In this document: piece after piece, positions 1 through 9,034 of the stretch
Numbering within the stretch: position 1 is the stretch's first letter
Layout of the letters: every line of letters starts with the position of its first letter
Assembly: GCA_963753595.1 (NCBI GenBank)
Contig: CAVWCX010000001.1
Coordinates: 1-64,000, forward strand
Source of the DNA: Candidatus Methanoperedenaceae archaeon
Lineage (GTDB): Archaea; Halobacteriota; Methanosarcinia; Methanosarcinales; Methanoperedenaceae
Direction: 5' to 3'
DNA length: 64,000 bases
The notes under the pieces: generated by a model
What the model was told of the DNA's origin: nothing
The model's database searches: none
What the model saw: the letters and a program-made list of their open reading frames with translations, nothing else
Made by a program: the position numbers and the translations under genes

Positions 1-210
1 AAAAAAGCTTTTGTACTGCTGGAAATATTCGCTTTCGTATTGGTCATACATGTATCTTTAATATATATACCACATTTTTATTTAGTAAATTATTTTTTTA
101 TTGATAATTTACAAAGGATTTTTGGATTGATCCTTGTGTTTATACTCATAGCTTTTGTGTATATTATATTTGGAGTTATTCGAAACTCAAATTCCGAATT
201 GGTCAAATGA
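1..210 (+). CDS. 3' end of a membrane protein (partial at window edge)
   Basis: Frame 1 is open from base 1 to TGA at 208-210 and hydrophobic (KKAFVLLEIFAFVLVIHVSLIY...IFGLILVFILIAFVYIIFG). Confidence 0.6.
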   Translation, partial: KKAFVLLEIFAFVLVIHVSLIYIPHFYLVNYFFIDNLQRIFGLILVFILIAFVYIIFGVIRNSNSELVK

Positions 211-231
211 TCAATAAATTTCAAATTGGAA

Positions 232-390
232 TTATCTGCTCATCCTGATATTTACGTTCTTCCAATCATCTCCGACCCCGCGAAGGGTTTCAATTGAACC
301 TTTGACCATCCCGCACAGGATTTTATTTACAAAACCATTCATAGGTATTTTTTTTCCATCGATCTCAAGAACAATTTCTATATCTTCCAT
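232..390 (-). CDS. 52-aa protein resembling the C-terminal domain of long MobB proteins
   Basis: Manual translation MEDIEIVLEIDGKKIPMNGFVNKILCGMVKGSIETLRGVGDDWKNVNIRMSR; GGAGAGA upstream; not in ORF track. Confidence 0.65.
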   Translation of the reverse strand: MEDIEIVLEIDGKKIPMNGFVNKILCGMVKGSIETLRGVGDDWKNVNIRMSR

Positions 391-489
391 ATTATCTCTC
401 CATCTCCAATATGTCAGATTCTTAATATAGTTCTATTGTTTGATCCTGTCTGGGAAGCTTTTATGAGTATGAAAATAATTGTACGGGCT

Positions 490-1176
490 ATGCAGGAATA
501 CAAGATAAGGATCCATGATCTGCCAAAGGACGAAAGGCCACGCGAGAGGCTCATGAAGAACGGTGCGTCGGCATTGAGTGATTCCGAACTTCTTGCAATA
601 ATCCTGAGGACGGGGTCTAAACAGGAAAATGTCATAAACCTTTCCCAGAGGATCTTAAAAGAGTATAATATTAAACAGCTCTCACAGATCAATTTGACAC
701 AATTGATGAAAGTACATGGCATCAAGGAAGGCAAGGCTGCGCAGATCGCAGCCTGTTTTGAGATAGCGCGGCGACTGGAAACTTTCAAGAATGAGGATAA
801 GCAAAAGATCAACTCCCCCGAAGATGTTTACAGGCGGATATATCCAAAAATGAGGGAGCAAAAAAAAGAACTTTTCATCGAGCTTTGTCTTGATACGAAA
901 AACCAGATCATCAAGGAGGAAACGATTTCTGTGGGCTCTTTGAATGCGAATATCGTTCATCCAAGGGAGGTATTCAAGCTTGCTCTGGCAGAATCCGCAG
1001 CACATATAATTGTGGCTCATAATCATCCGTCCGGGGACCCGACCCCAAGCAAGGAAGATATAGAAATAACAAAGAAACTCGTTGAGACCGGCAATATTAT
1101 GGGGATCACTCTTCTTGACCATGTAATAATCGGTGATGGAAGGCATTTCAGCATGAAAGAAGCGGGGCATATCTAG
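490..1176 (+). CDS. radC: RadC/UPF0758 JAB-domain protein
   Basis: PRERL, LSDSELLAIILRTG, VHPREVF, HNHPSGDPTPS..D, LLDHVIIG motifs; start taken at MQEYK. Confidence 0.95.
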   Translation: MQEYKIRIHDLPKDERPRERLMKNGASALSDSELLAIILRTGSKQENVINLSQRILKEYNIKQLSQINLTQLMKVHGIKEGKAAQIAACFEIARRLETFKNEDKQKINSPEDVYRRIYPKMREQKKELFIELCLDTKNQIIKEETISVGSLNANIVHPREVFKLALAESAAHIIVAHNHPSGDPTPSKEDIEITKKLVETGNIMGITLLDHVIIGDGRHFSMKEAGHI

Positions 1177-1186
1177 GGAAATAAAT

Positions 1187-1795
1187 ATGGCATATTCTGC
1201 AATTATCCTTGCGGGAGGAAAAGGGAAACGCATGGGTTACCGGGAAAAAGCTCTGATGGCCATTAATGGTAAACCCCTTATCAGCTATGTTATCGAAGGC
1301 CTTGAAAAAGTTGTTGACAACATTATAATTTCCGTTCGTGATAAAGCACAGGGAGAGTTATTTGACACAGTGTTGCCGGGATACACCTATGCATTTGATA
1401 AATATGAAAACACAGGCCCGCTTGCGGGGATACTTTCCAGTCTCACTGTTTGCAGGGATGAATATTGTTTTATCGCTGCATGCGATATGCCTTTTATAAA
1501 TGAAAATGTTGTAAAGATGCTTTTTAAGGGTAGTGTTAATCATGATGCAGCCATCCCGCGTCGGGAAGATGGCTTTCTTGAGCCATTGCATGCTGTTTAT
1601 AAAAGCAAACCTATGATCTTTGAGACCAGGAAAGCTATCAGGAACGGGGAGAGAATAATTCTTGCTCCGATCCAGAAACTAAGGGTCAATTATGTGAAAA
1701 TAGAAGATATCAGGAAAATCGACCCCGATTTAAGAACATTTATCAATATCAATACACCAGAAGACATGGATCGGATCGAAAATAATGTATACTAA
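1187..1795 (+). CDS. mobA: Molybdenum cofactor guanylyltransferase
   Basis: ILAGGKGKRMG, GPLAGI, ACDMPF, EPLHAVY, NINTPED. Confidence 0.95.
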   Translation: MAYSAIILAGGKGKRMGYREKALMAINGKPLISYVIEGLEKVVDNIIISVRDKAQGELFDTVLPGYTYAFDKYENTGPLAGILSSLTVCRDEYCFIAACDMPFINENVVKMLFKGSVNHDAAIPRREDGFLEPLHAVYKSKPMIFETRKAIRNGERIILAPIQKLRVNYVKIEDIRKIDPDLRTFININTPEDMDRIENNVY

Positions 1796-2537
1796 AAATT
1801 ATTCTGCACTTGAGCTGAAATGCGGTGTATCGCATGAAAAGATCCATACAGTAGCCGTAGAGAATACTATTGAACTTTTCATAAATAAAATTCCGATAGC
1901 ATCAATACTTGCTACCCCGGAAATGTTAAATGAGCTTGCTGTCGGGTATCTTATATGCGAAGGTCTTGTAAAAGGTACGGATAGTATAAAAGACTTTAAA
2001 ATAGACGGGAACAGGATATATGCCGCGATAGAAGAGACAGAGCACATTGAAATCTGGCGCGAATTAAGGTCATCAGGGTGCGTTGGCGTAAAATGGGAAG
2101 AGAATGAAAATATTTCAATTGATTCTGATACAAATTTCAGCCTGGATCCGATCGGGAAAAGCCTGAGATTCCTGGAATCTGATACATACAGGGAAACGCG
2201 GGGGACACATGCAGCATGCCTCATAAACGCTGCGGGTGAATGCGTTGCAAAAGCGATAGATGTGGGAAGACACAATGCTTTTGACAAGGTTGTTGGATAT
2301 GCATATCTTAATGGGATTGATGTAAGGGAGCATTTCATCATATCAACAGGGCGCCAGTCGGCAGGAATGGTATTAAAAGCCGCACGCGCCGGAATCCCGC
2401 TTGTTGCGACAAAAACCGCGCCTCTAAATTCCGGAATTGATGCTGCCCTGCGGACTGGCGTTTGTCTTGTTTGTTTTGTTTCAAATGATAAAATGTCAGT
2501 TTTTTCACACCACGAGAGGCTTTTATGCCGCCTGTAA
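1785..2537 (+). CDS. fdhD: Formate dehydrogenase accessory sulfurtransferase FdhD
   Basis: SSGCVG, GTHAA, DVGRHNAFDKVVG, STGR motifs. Confidence 0.93.
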   Translation: MYTKNYSALELKCGVSHEKIHTVAVENTIELFINKIPIASILATPEMLNELAVGYLICEGLVKGTDSIKDFKIDGNRIYAAIEETEHIEIWRELRSSGCVGVKWEENENISIDSDTNFSLDPIGKSLRFLESDTYRETRGTHAACLINAAGECVAKAIDVGRHNAFDKVVGYAYLNGIDVREHFIISTGRQSAGMVLKAARAGIPLVATKTAPLNSGIDAALRTGVCLVCFVSNDKMSVFSHHERLLCRL

Positions 2538-2998
2538 TTTGTATCGTGGGAAGCAGCAAAACCGGAAAAACAAGATTAATGGAAGAATTGATAAAAGAAT
2601 TGAAAATGCGGGGTCTTCGGGTAGGCGCCTTAAAATATCACAAACATGGTGATTTTGAAATCGATATTGAGGGCAAAGATACATGGAAATATGCCCTGGC
2701 CGGGGCTGATACTGTTGCCATAACCTCGTCTGTGAAATTTGCGGTTATAAAAAATGACAAAGTTCCTGTTGATATTGATGAGATTTGTGAAAAATATTTT
2801 AGCGACCTTGATGTTGTTCTTGCAGACGGGTTCACTCAATCCGATAAGCCCCGGATAATTGTTGTGGGACATGAGAAAGATGCGGGGATTTTCGAACACG
2901 GATGCAGGGTTATATCGGTTACAGATGAAAAAATCAAGGATATGGATATTATTCTCGAAAAAGTGCTTGAATTCCTGAAGAGGTCAGATTCAAAGTGA
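2525..2998 (+). CDS. mobB: Molybdopterin-guanine dinucleotide biosynthesis protein B (short form)
   Basis: GSSKTGKT P-loop, KYHKHGDFEID.EGKDTW. Confidence 0.92.
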   Translation: MPPVICIVGSSKTGKTRLMEELIKELKMRGLRVGALKYHKHGDFEIDIEGKDTWKYALAGADTVAITSSVKFAVIKNDKVPVDIDEICEKYFSDLDVVLADGFTQSDKPRIIVVGHEKDAGIFEHGCRVISVTDEKIKDMDIILEKVLEFLKRSDSK

Positions 2999-3236
2999 AG
3001 CTCCCAGCCGCAGCAGGGCTGCGGAGCGGGAGCACAATTTCATCTTTAAACAAGCCTGCTTTTTTATCCCTTATCATCTGCCTCCTTAATGATTCCTTAA
3101 TTTCGCTGTCGGTATACGGTCTTTCGATTTTATCCCCAAATTCGACATATACCGGCACATTGTTTTGCTGTTTTAGAGCAAATGGGCTATTTATCAATAA
3201 AGACGATTCATTCATACTGATTTCTCCAAATCGCAT
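2949..3236 (-). CDS. Hypothetical protein, possibly a degraded gene
   Basis: ORF track only; no recognised motif; C-terminus runs through the hairpin into mobB. Confidence 0.3.
   Translation of the reverse strand: MRFGEISMNESSLLINSPFALKQQNNVPVYVEFGDKIERPYTDSEIKESLRRQMIRDKKAGLFKDEIVLPLRSPAAAGSFTLNLTSSGIQALFRE
3000..3033. repeat. GC-rich nested hairpin after mobB (terminator or REP-like)
   Basis: GCTCCC/GGGAGC (3000-3005, 3028-3033) enclosing CCGCAGC/GCTGCGG (3008-3024). Confidence 0.55.
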
Positions 3237-3408
3237 TCTTGGGATAGGTACTTTTTATTTTACAATATGCTATAAAAACGGTGACTGTTCCAAATCATGT
3301 TGGTAGTTATCCAAAATGGACAATCTCACCTCATCAAATAGTAATGTTTTAGTGGAAAATATTTAAATATATCTTTTAACAATGTCATTTTGATTATTTG
3401 GTGGAATC

Positions 3409-3573
3409 ATGAACAAAAAGACAAAAGATATAATAGTAATAATAGGATTAATAATTGGCACATTTGGTTTTCTTACCAGTTTTGGTGGAAACACTGGATC
3501 TCAGACTATAAGTTTGAATGTAATACTTTATTCTCTATGTTTAATCATCGTTGGCACCAGCAGAGAAACATAA
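3409..3573 (+). CDS. 54-aa small two-TM membrane protein
   Basis: Manual translation MNKKTKDIIVIIGLIIGTFGFLTSFGGNTGSQTISLNVILYSLCLIIVGTSRET; GGTGG RBS, TTTAAATA upstream. Confidence 0.6.
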   Translation: MNKKTKDIIVIIGLIIGTFGFLTSFGGNTGSQTISLNVILYSLCLIIVGTSRET

Positions 3574-4102
3574 ACTATACGAGTAATTCAATCATCTAAG
3601 AAGTTAATTCAACATATGTAGTTTTTCCTTGTTTTCGTATAGAATGGTCATTATATTATTGAGAAACTGCGCCTAATTTTTAACAATACGCATGCTAAGA
3701 CTGACGACCCTCCGTAAGGTCATACGGAGGACGTTGTTGAGTTGTTCTTAGCTTATTATTTGTTTATTCGTTATCTACTGTAATTATCCACTAATTTTTA
3801 TAATTAAAACATGTGTGTATGACCCACAGACAGACACAGACAGACAGAGAAGAGAGAAGAGTAAGAGTAAGGGAAGAAGGAAAGAATATGAGTGTACAAA
3901 TGGATAAATAAGAGTTAAAGAATCATCGACAATTAACGATAGGGAAAATAAGACGGTTATCAATAATGAGTAGGTTAGTGGACAAATGTATAAATAATAT
4001 CAAAAGAATAATATTCAGCCCCCGGTCAGCAGAGCTGCTGAGTGTTCCGATAAAATAAAAAACGATCAAATACCCGAAATAACTACTTAACCAATCAACA
4101 AT

Positions 4103-5044
4103 TCATCTATTCCTGTACCACTCAATTGTTTTCTTCAGGCCTTCATTCATATCGTATTTTGCTTTAAACCCGATCTTTTTTATCTCAGTATTATCAGCAA
4201 CACTGTGCTTGATATCCCCGCTTCTTTCTTTTTCATATATGGTACTTGATTTTGATCCGGTTTGCTTTATGATCTTTTCTGCGATATCCTTAATTGAAGT
4301 GGCAATGCCATTCGCAACATTAAACGTCCTCCCATCTCCCTTTGACATCACTAATTCATTAGCCTGCACAACATCATTGACAAAAACAAAATCACGAGTC
4401 TGCATTCCATCACCATATATATGGATTTCCTGGTTCTTCAAAGCTTTTTGTAAAAAGATGGGTATCGCAGCAGCATATGGCGAAGTTGGGTCCTGGCGCG
4501 GCCCGTAAACGTTAAAATAACGCAAAGAAGTGGTTTTCAGCCCATGCTCTTCAAAATATATTCTTGCGGCATATTCACAATCAAGTTTTGAGATAGCATA
4601 AGGCGATTTGGGAACCGGTATCATGCTTTCTTTCTTGGGAAACACAGGAGAGTCACCGTAAACCGCTGCCGATGACGCAAGGATCACTTTTTTGACATTT
4701 CCGGATAGGGCGGCCTCCAGGATATTGAATGTCCCTATAGTATTGATCTCTATTGTTTTGACAGGATTTTTCATGCTCTCAACGACTGAAACAAGAGCTG
4801 CTTCATGGAAAATATAGTCAATGCCTGTAATTACATCCTGCAGCAATTCCCTGTCCCGGACATCCCCTTCTATCAATTGAAAATTATCATTTCCAATAAA
4901 AGAAGCAACATTTCCTTTCTTGGTATTGATATCATAGGTCGGGTCAAAATTATCAAGGCATACCGTTTCATATCCCCGCTCAAGTAAATGCCGGATGATA
5001 TGAGAGCCGATGAATCCAGCGCCGCCTGTTACCAAACATTTCAT
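4103..5044 (-). CDS. NAD-dependent nucleotide-sugar 4-epimerase/dehydratase (GalE/WbpP-like)
   Basis: TGGAGFIGS, SSAAVYG, YAISK, RYFNVYGPRQD. Confidence 0.93.
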   Translation of the reverse strand: MKCLVTGGAGFIGSHIIRHLLERGYETVCLDNFDPTYDINTKKGNVASFIGNDNFQLIEGDVRDRELLQDVITGIDYIFHEAALVSVVESMKNPVKTIEINTIGTFNILEAALSGNVKKVILASSAAVYGDSPVFPKKESMIPVPKSPYAISKLDCEYAARIYFEEHGLKTTSLRYFNVYGPRQDPTSPYAAAIPIFLQKALKNQEIHIYGDGMQTRDFVFVNDVVQANELVMSKGDGRTFNVANGIATSIKDIAEKIIKQTGSKSSTIYEKERSGDIKHSVADNTEIKKIGFKAKYDMNEGLKKTIEWYRNR

Positions 5045-5163
5045 TGCTGTTTAAGATGGAGTGGACATTATTTAAATATAGTCTTTTGACGCATCAAGAA
5101 GCAACGTAACCTTTTGACAGAAACTATTTTGAATATGAACATAGTGGAATGATGCTAACATTT

Positions 5164-5356
5164 GTCATCGGTTAAGAGAGAAATCATCAAATAGAACACG
5201 GATGACGCAGATGATACGGATGCGCACGGATCCGTGAAAATCCGCGCGATCCGTGTCATCCGTGTTCTATTCAAACTAAACCTGAAAAGCATGGAAAATT
5301 AACAACTCTTTGAACAATTGTATAGTACAAGCATGTTGAATTCCTTAACCGATGAC
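5164..5356. mobile_element. MITE-like element with 13-bp terminal inverted repeats and an internal periodic palindrome
   Basis: GTCATCGGTTAAG (5164-5176) / CTTAACCGATGAC (5344-5356); internal 17-bp IR 5190-5206 / 5255-5271. Confidence 0.7.
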
Positions 5357-5426
5357 CGATGGAATGATACTAATGGCCTGCTTTCGATAGAGAGGCCGAA
5401 CCTGAAATTTTGACCACAGGAAGAAA

Positions 5427-6362
5427 ATGAGCCCTAAACAAAAGAATAATAAATTTAAAAAAGCCGAAAAGAAATCTTCTGTAAGTTCAACTATTTATGT
5501 TATATTCGGGATAATCATACTTTTTGCCCTGATTTATTATTTTATCCCGCAGGGAAGCGATAAATGGACTGTAAGTAATGAAGGAATTCTCTCGTATCCT
5601 GAAAACAGGGGCAAGGTTGATGTCAAAATCCTGAAAATTGAATCTAAACCTGATCATATTCTCAGGACCATTTCTTTCCCAGGCAAGGATTATACGGTCG
5701 AAGGACTTCTTCGAATTCCTGTTGAAGGAAAAAAAGTTCCAGGGGTCGTGATCCTGCCCGGAGCTACTGTCCCGAAAGAAGGAACACAAACCCTTGCCGA
5801 TATTTTTTCCAAAATGGGATATGCAAGCATCGGTATCGAGCAGCGAAACCGCGGTGGAGTGGACATGGAATATGATTATAGCCTTTGGAAAAAGGGATTA
5901 GAACCTGCGGAACATAAAATGGTATTTGATGCCCTGCGCGCTGCGGATGTGTTAAGGCAGGAGCCATCGGTCGATCCTGGCAGGATAGCGATCGTTGGTG
6001 AGAGTAATGGAGGACGTTTTGCGATCATTGCAGCGGCAATTGACCCGGGAATTACAGGTGTGATCGGGATAAGCACCAGCGGTTATGACACCGAATCACA
6101 AATTGGCGGTATAAGGGATGAGAATATGATACGGTTCTATCGTTCAATCGATCCTGAAACATATCTCGGGTCAATTCCTCCAAGAAAATTCGTAATGATC
6201 CATTCTGTGAATGACACAATTATTCCAATACATCTTGCCCGGAATACATTCAAGAAGGCTAAAGAGCCAAAGCAGTTTTACACGGTAACAACAGGCACCC
6301 ATGGATACAGCGAAGGAATGAAAGAGCCCCTTGAGACTGAATTAAGGCTTATGTTCAAATAG
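5427..6362 (+). CDS. Membrane-anchored alpha/beta hydrolase
   Basis: N-terminal TM helix, GESNGG nucleophile elbow, D (NDTII) and H (GTHG). Confidence 0.85.
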   Translation: MSPKQKNNKFKKAEKKSSVSSTIYVIFGIIILFALIYYFIPQGSDKWTVSNEGILSYPENRGKVDVKILKIESKPDHILRTISFPGKDYTVEGLLRIPVEGKKVPGVVILPGATVPKEGTQTLADIFSKMGYASIGIEQRNRGGVDMEYDYSLWKKGLEPAEHKMVFDALRAADVLRQEPSVDPGRIAIVGESNGGRFAIIAAAIDPGITGVIGISTSGYDTESQIGGIRDENMIRFYRSIDPETYLGSIPPRKFVMIHSVNDTIIPIHLARNTFKKAKEPKQFYTVTTGTHGYSEGMKEPLETELRLMFK

Positions 6363-6369
6363 ATGAGTA

Positions 6370-6741
6370 TCAACTGGACGGCTTATAAACATCCTCTGGC
6401 TCAAACAACTTCTCCCCGACGATCTTACCTTCGATCGTCCTGTAAAAGCACGACCTGTATCCCGTATGACAGGCGCCTCCTATCTGCTCGATCTTGAGCA
6501 CGATAGCGTCAGCGTCACAGTCAATCAAAATATCATGGACGATCTGCTCATGTCCTGAGCTTTCCCCTTTTTTCCAGAGCTTTCGCCTTGACCTGCTCCA
6601 GTAATAACCTCTTTTTGTCTCAATGGTCTTCCGGAGGGCTTCCCTGTCCATGAATGCGACCATGAGAACTTCACCGGTTTTATAATCCTGGGCTACAGCT
6701 GTGATGAGCCCATCTTCAAATTTCAAATCCTTAAGATCCAT
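6370..6741 (-). CDS. hisI: Phosphoribosyl-AMP cyclohydrolase
   Basis: [28 protein letters not shown]; start at MDLKDL. Confidence 0.96.
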   Translation of the reverse strand: MDLKDLKFEDGLITAVAQDYKTGEVLMVAFMDREALRKTIETKRGYYWSRSRRKLWKKGESSGHEQIVHDILIDCDADAIVLKIEQIGGACHTGYRSCFYRTIEGKIVGEKLFEPEDVYKPSS

Positions 6742-6769
6742 AAACCTTGGAGAAAAATAAATAAAAAAT

Positions 6770-7045
6770 TCATCCACCGCTAACAGCAGGGAGAATTGAG
6801 ATCTCATCCGCATCCTTAACAGGACTATCAAGACCGCTTAAGTGTCTTATATCCTCGCCGTTCACGTATAAATTCACGAATCTTCGGACTTCGCCTTTCT
6901 CAAGTATGCGTTTTTCAAAATCAGGACCAAACTGCAAAACAAGTTTATCTAGAACTGCTTTTACAGTCGTATCCCCTAATTCAAGTATCGTTTCGCGTGC
7001 ATGTGTCACATTGCTTAATGCTGAAGAGAATCTTATTTTAACCAT
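6770..7045 (-). CDS. Ubiquitin-like sulfur carrier (MoaD/CysO/SAMP)
   Basis: [15 protein letters not shown]-terminal LPAVSGG. Confidence 0.92.
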   Translation of the reverse strand: MVKIRFSSALSNVTHARETILELGDTTVKAVLDKLVLQFGPDFEKRILEKGEVRRFVNLYVNGEDIRHLSGLDSPVKDADEISILPAVSGG

Positions 7046-7070
7046 TTAAATCACCTTTATCTTTACATCT

Positions 7071-8336
7071 TTATATCGCTATAGCCGCCTTCTGTTCATG
7101 AATATCAAGCTTTGGCGCAAAAAGACGCTCAAACTCGCTGATCATGGGTTTTATCACAGGCGGGCGCTGCAATGATTTGAGCAGTGTGTCCTGCGCTTTA
7201 AGACCATTTCCTGTCACATAGACAACGACCCTTTCATCTTTCTGGATATGTCCGCTTTCAACAAGCTTCTTTAAACCTGCAACGGTTGTGCCGCCTGCCG
7301 GTTCTGTGAATATGCCCTCTGTCCTTGCAAGAAGATGTATCGCTTCAATTATCTCAGTATCAGTAGGTGATGCCGCAAACCCGCCTGAATCAAGGATGGT
7401 CTTTTTTGCATAATATCCATCTGCAGGATTACCTATTGCAAGACTATGCGCTATAGTTTCAAAATTCCTTACAGGAATGACTTCGCTGTTGTTCTGGACG
7501 GCAGTCGATATGGGTGAACAGTTGATCGGTTGTGCTCCTGATATCTTGAAATCTGCTTTGTCAACGAGGCCAACGCGTTCAAGTTCTTTATATCCTCTGG
7601 AAATAGCACAAAGCAGCGCTCCGCTTGCCAGGGGTGCAACAACATGGTCGGGGACCTGCCAGTTCAGCTGCTCTGCGGTTTCATACGCCAGCGTCTTTGA
7701 ACCTTCAGTATAATATGGGCGGATATTGATATTCACGAAAGCCCAGTCCGGATGGGAATCTGCGACCTCGCTTGCAAGCCGGTTGGCATCGTCGTATGTT
7801 CCTTCCACAGCAATTACATTTGGCCCGTAGATGAGCATCTGCACGATCTTGCCAAGTTCAATTGTTGCAGGTATGAATATATATGCGGGAAGTCCTGCTT
7901 TTGCCGCATGTGCGCCTACTGCGGCTGCAAGGTTGCCTGTGCTTGCGCATCCCACGGCCTTGATATCGAATTCCAGGGCTTTTGAAATCGCAACTGATGT
8001 TACCCTGTCCTTGAATGAATTTGTGGGATTTACCGATTCATCAAGTATATAGAGTTCATCAAGCCCCAGGGCTGCGCCAAGACGCTGGGCATGATGTAAT
8101 TTATTAAAACCAGCACCAAGGTCGATGCGCTTCTCTGATTCAAGGGGCAGCATGTCAGCGTACCTCCAGATAGATTTTGGACCAGCAGCTATCTTTTCTT
8201 TGCTTATATGATCTGAAATATAATCCCAATCGTAATTGACTTCGAGAGGCCCGAAGCACTCATAACATGTATTCTGGATACCAGCAGGGTACTCGGTTCC
8301 GCATTCCCTGCATTTTAATCCGATGACGTGACTCAT
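7071..8336 (-). CDS. thrC: Threonine synthase family PLP enzyme
   Basis: NPTNSFKDR (PLP Lys), ASTGN, EGSKT, TGNGLK; N-terminal CxxC pairs. Confidence 0.88.
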   Translation of the reverse strand: MSHVIGLKCRECGTEYPAGIQNTCYECFGPLEVNYDWDYISDHISKEKIAAGPKSIWRYADMLPLESEKRIDLGAGFNKLHHAQRLGAALGLDELYILDESVNPTNSFKDRVTSVAISKALEFDIKAVGCASTGNLAAAVGAHAAKAGLPAYIFIPATIELGKIVQMLIYGPNVIAVEGTYDDANRLASEVADSHPDWAFVNINIRPYYTEGSKTLAYETAEQLNWQVPDHVVAPLASGALLCAISRGYKELERVGLVDKADFKISGAQPINCSPISTAVQNNSEVIPVRNFETIAHSLAIGNPADGYYAKKTILDSGGFAASPTDTEIIEAIHLLARTEGIFTEPAGGTTVAGLKKLVESGHIQKDERVVVYVTGNGLKAQDTLLKSLQRPPVIKPMISEFERLFAPKLDIHEQKAAIAI

Positions 8337-8431
8337 TAACTTCACCTCTGCATACTACAACATTACCATATATAATATTTACTATATCGATTGATAACCT
8401 GTAGTAATAATATGGGGCAAAAAAAGAGAGT

Positions 8432-8944
8432 TCAATCAATATCAGGTTTGTCTTTTGTGTCAATTCCGCTTCTTATATCCACAGCAATACCTTTCTTAAA
8501 AGCCTGCATTTCAATAGCAGACAATACAGTTTTTCCTGTTGCAAGAAGGCGGTCATTTTCATCCACCACAAGAACCTCCTGCCCTGCCCGAATGTCCGGA
8601 TCAACTGCCACAACATGACGTGAAAAAGCGGTTTTGCCTTTTGCGACAAATGGCGCAGCGTCGCTGTTTACCACAACTCTTTGTCCCGGATACTTGATAA
8701 ATCCATGAATTTTTCCTGCCCCTTTCATGCTAAGGGTCAGCATACCGTCCTTTGCCCTGACTGTTGCTATGCGCTCATTACCAAGAAGTATCTGGCGGAT
8801 CCTTTTTGTGGTTGAGAACTGGAATCTGGCATCATCGGAAAAGAGGATTTCGCCAGCACCGCGGCCGAACTGGTAATCAGCAATGGTGCGGACGCGTTTT
8901 ATGTGAGATCGTTTAATATCCATTTGTTGAGGTGTTTGATTCAT
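8432..8944 (-). CDS. PUA-domain protein (stand-alone ArcTGT C-terminal module)
   Basis: IADYQFG, ATVRAKDG.LTL, FVAKGKTAFSRHV, EVLVVDE.D.LLATG. Confidence 0.85.
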   Translation of the reverse strand: MNQTPQQMDIKRSHIKRVRTIADYQFGRGAGEILFSDDARFQFSTTKRIRQILLGNERIATVRAKDGMLTLSMKGAGKIHGFIKYPGQRVVVNSDAAPFVAKGKTAFSRHVVAVDPDIRAGQEVLVVDENDRLLATGKTVLSAIEMQAFKKGIAVDIRSGIDTKDKPDID

Positions 8945-9034
8945 TTAATACCCTTAAATAGAGTATATCTTATTTCATTATATCCCTTAAACATTTTAAT
9001 AAATTATAAGTGTTCATATGATGATTATCAATAT

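Noticed and set aside
8903-9034. N-terminal extensions in the ORF track (nnr, hisI, metY, VOC 17372, MNT 19757)
   Set aside because: They run through promoters or neighbouring genes; downstream starts match family N-termini.
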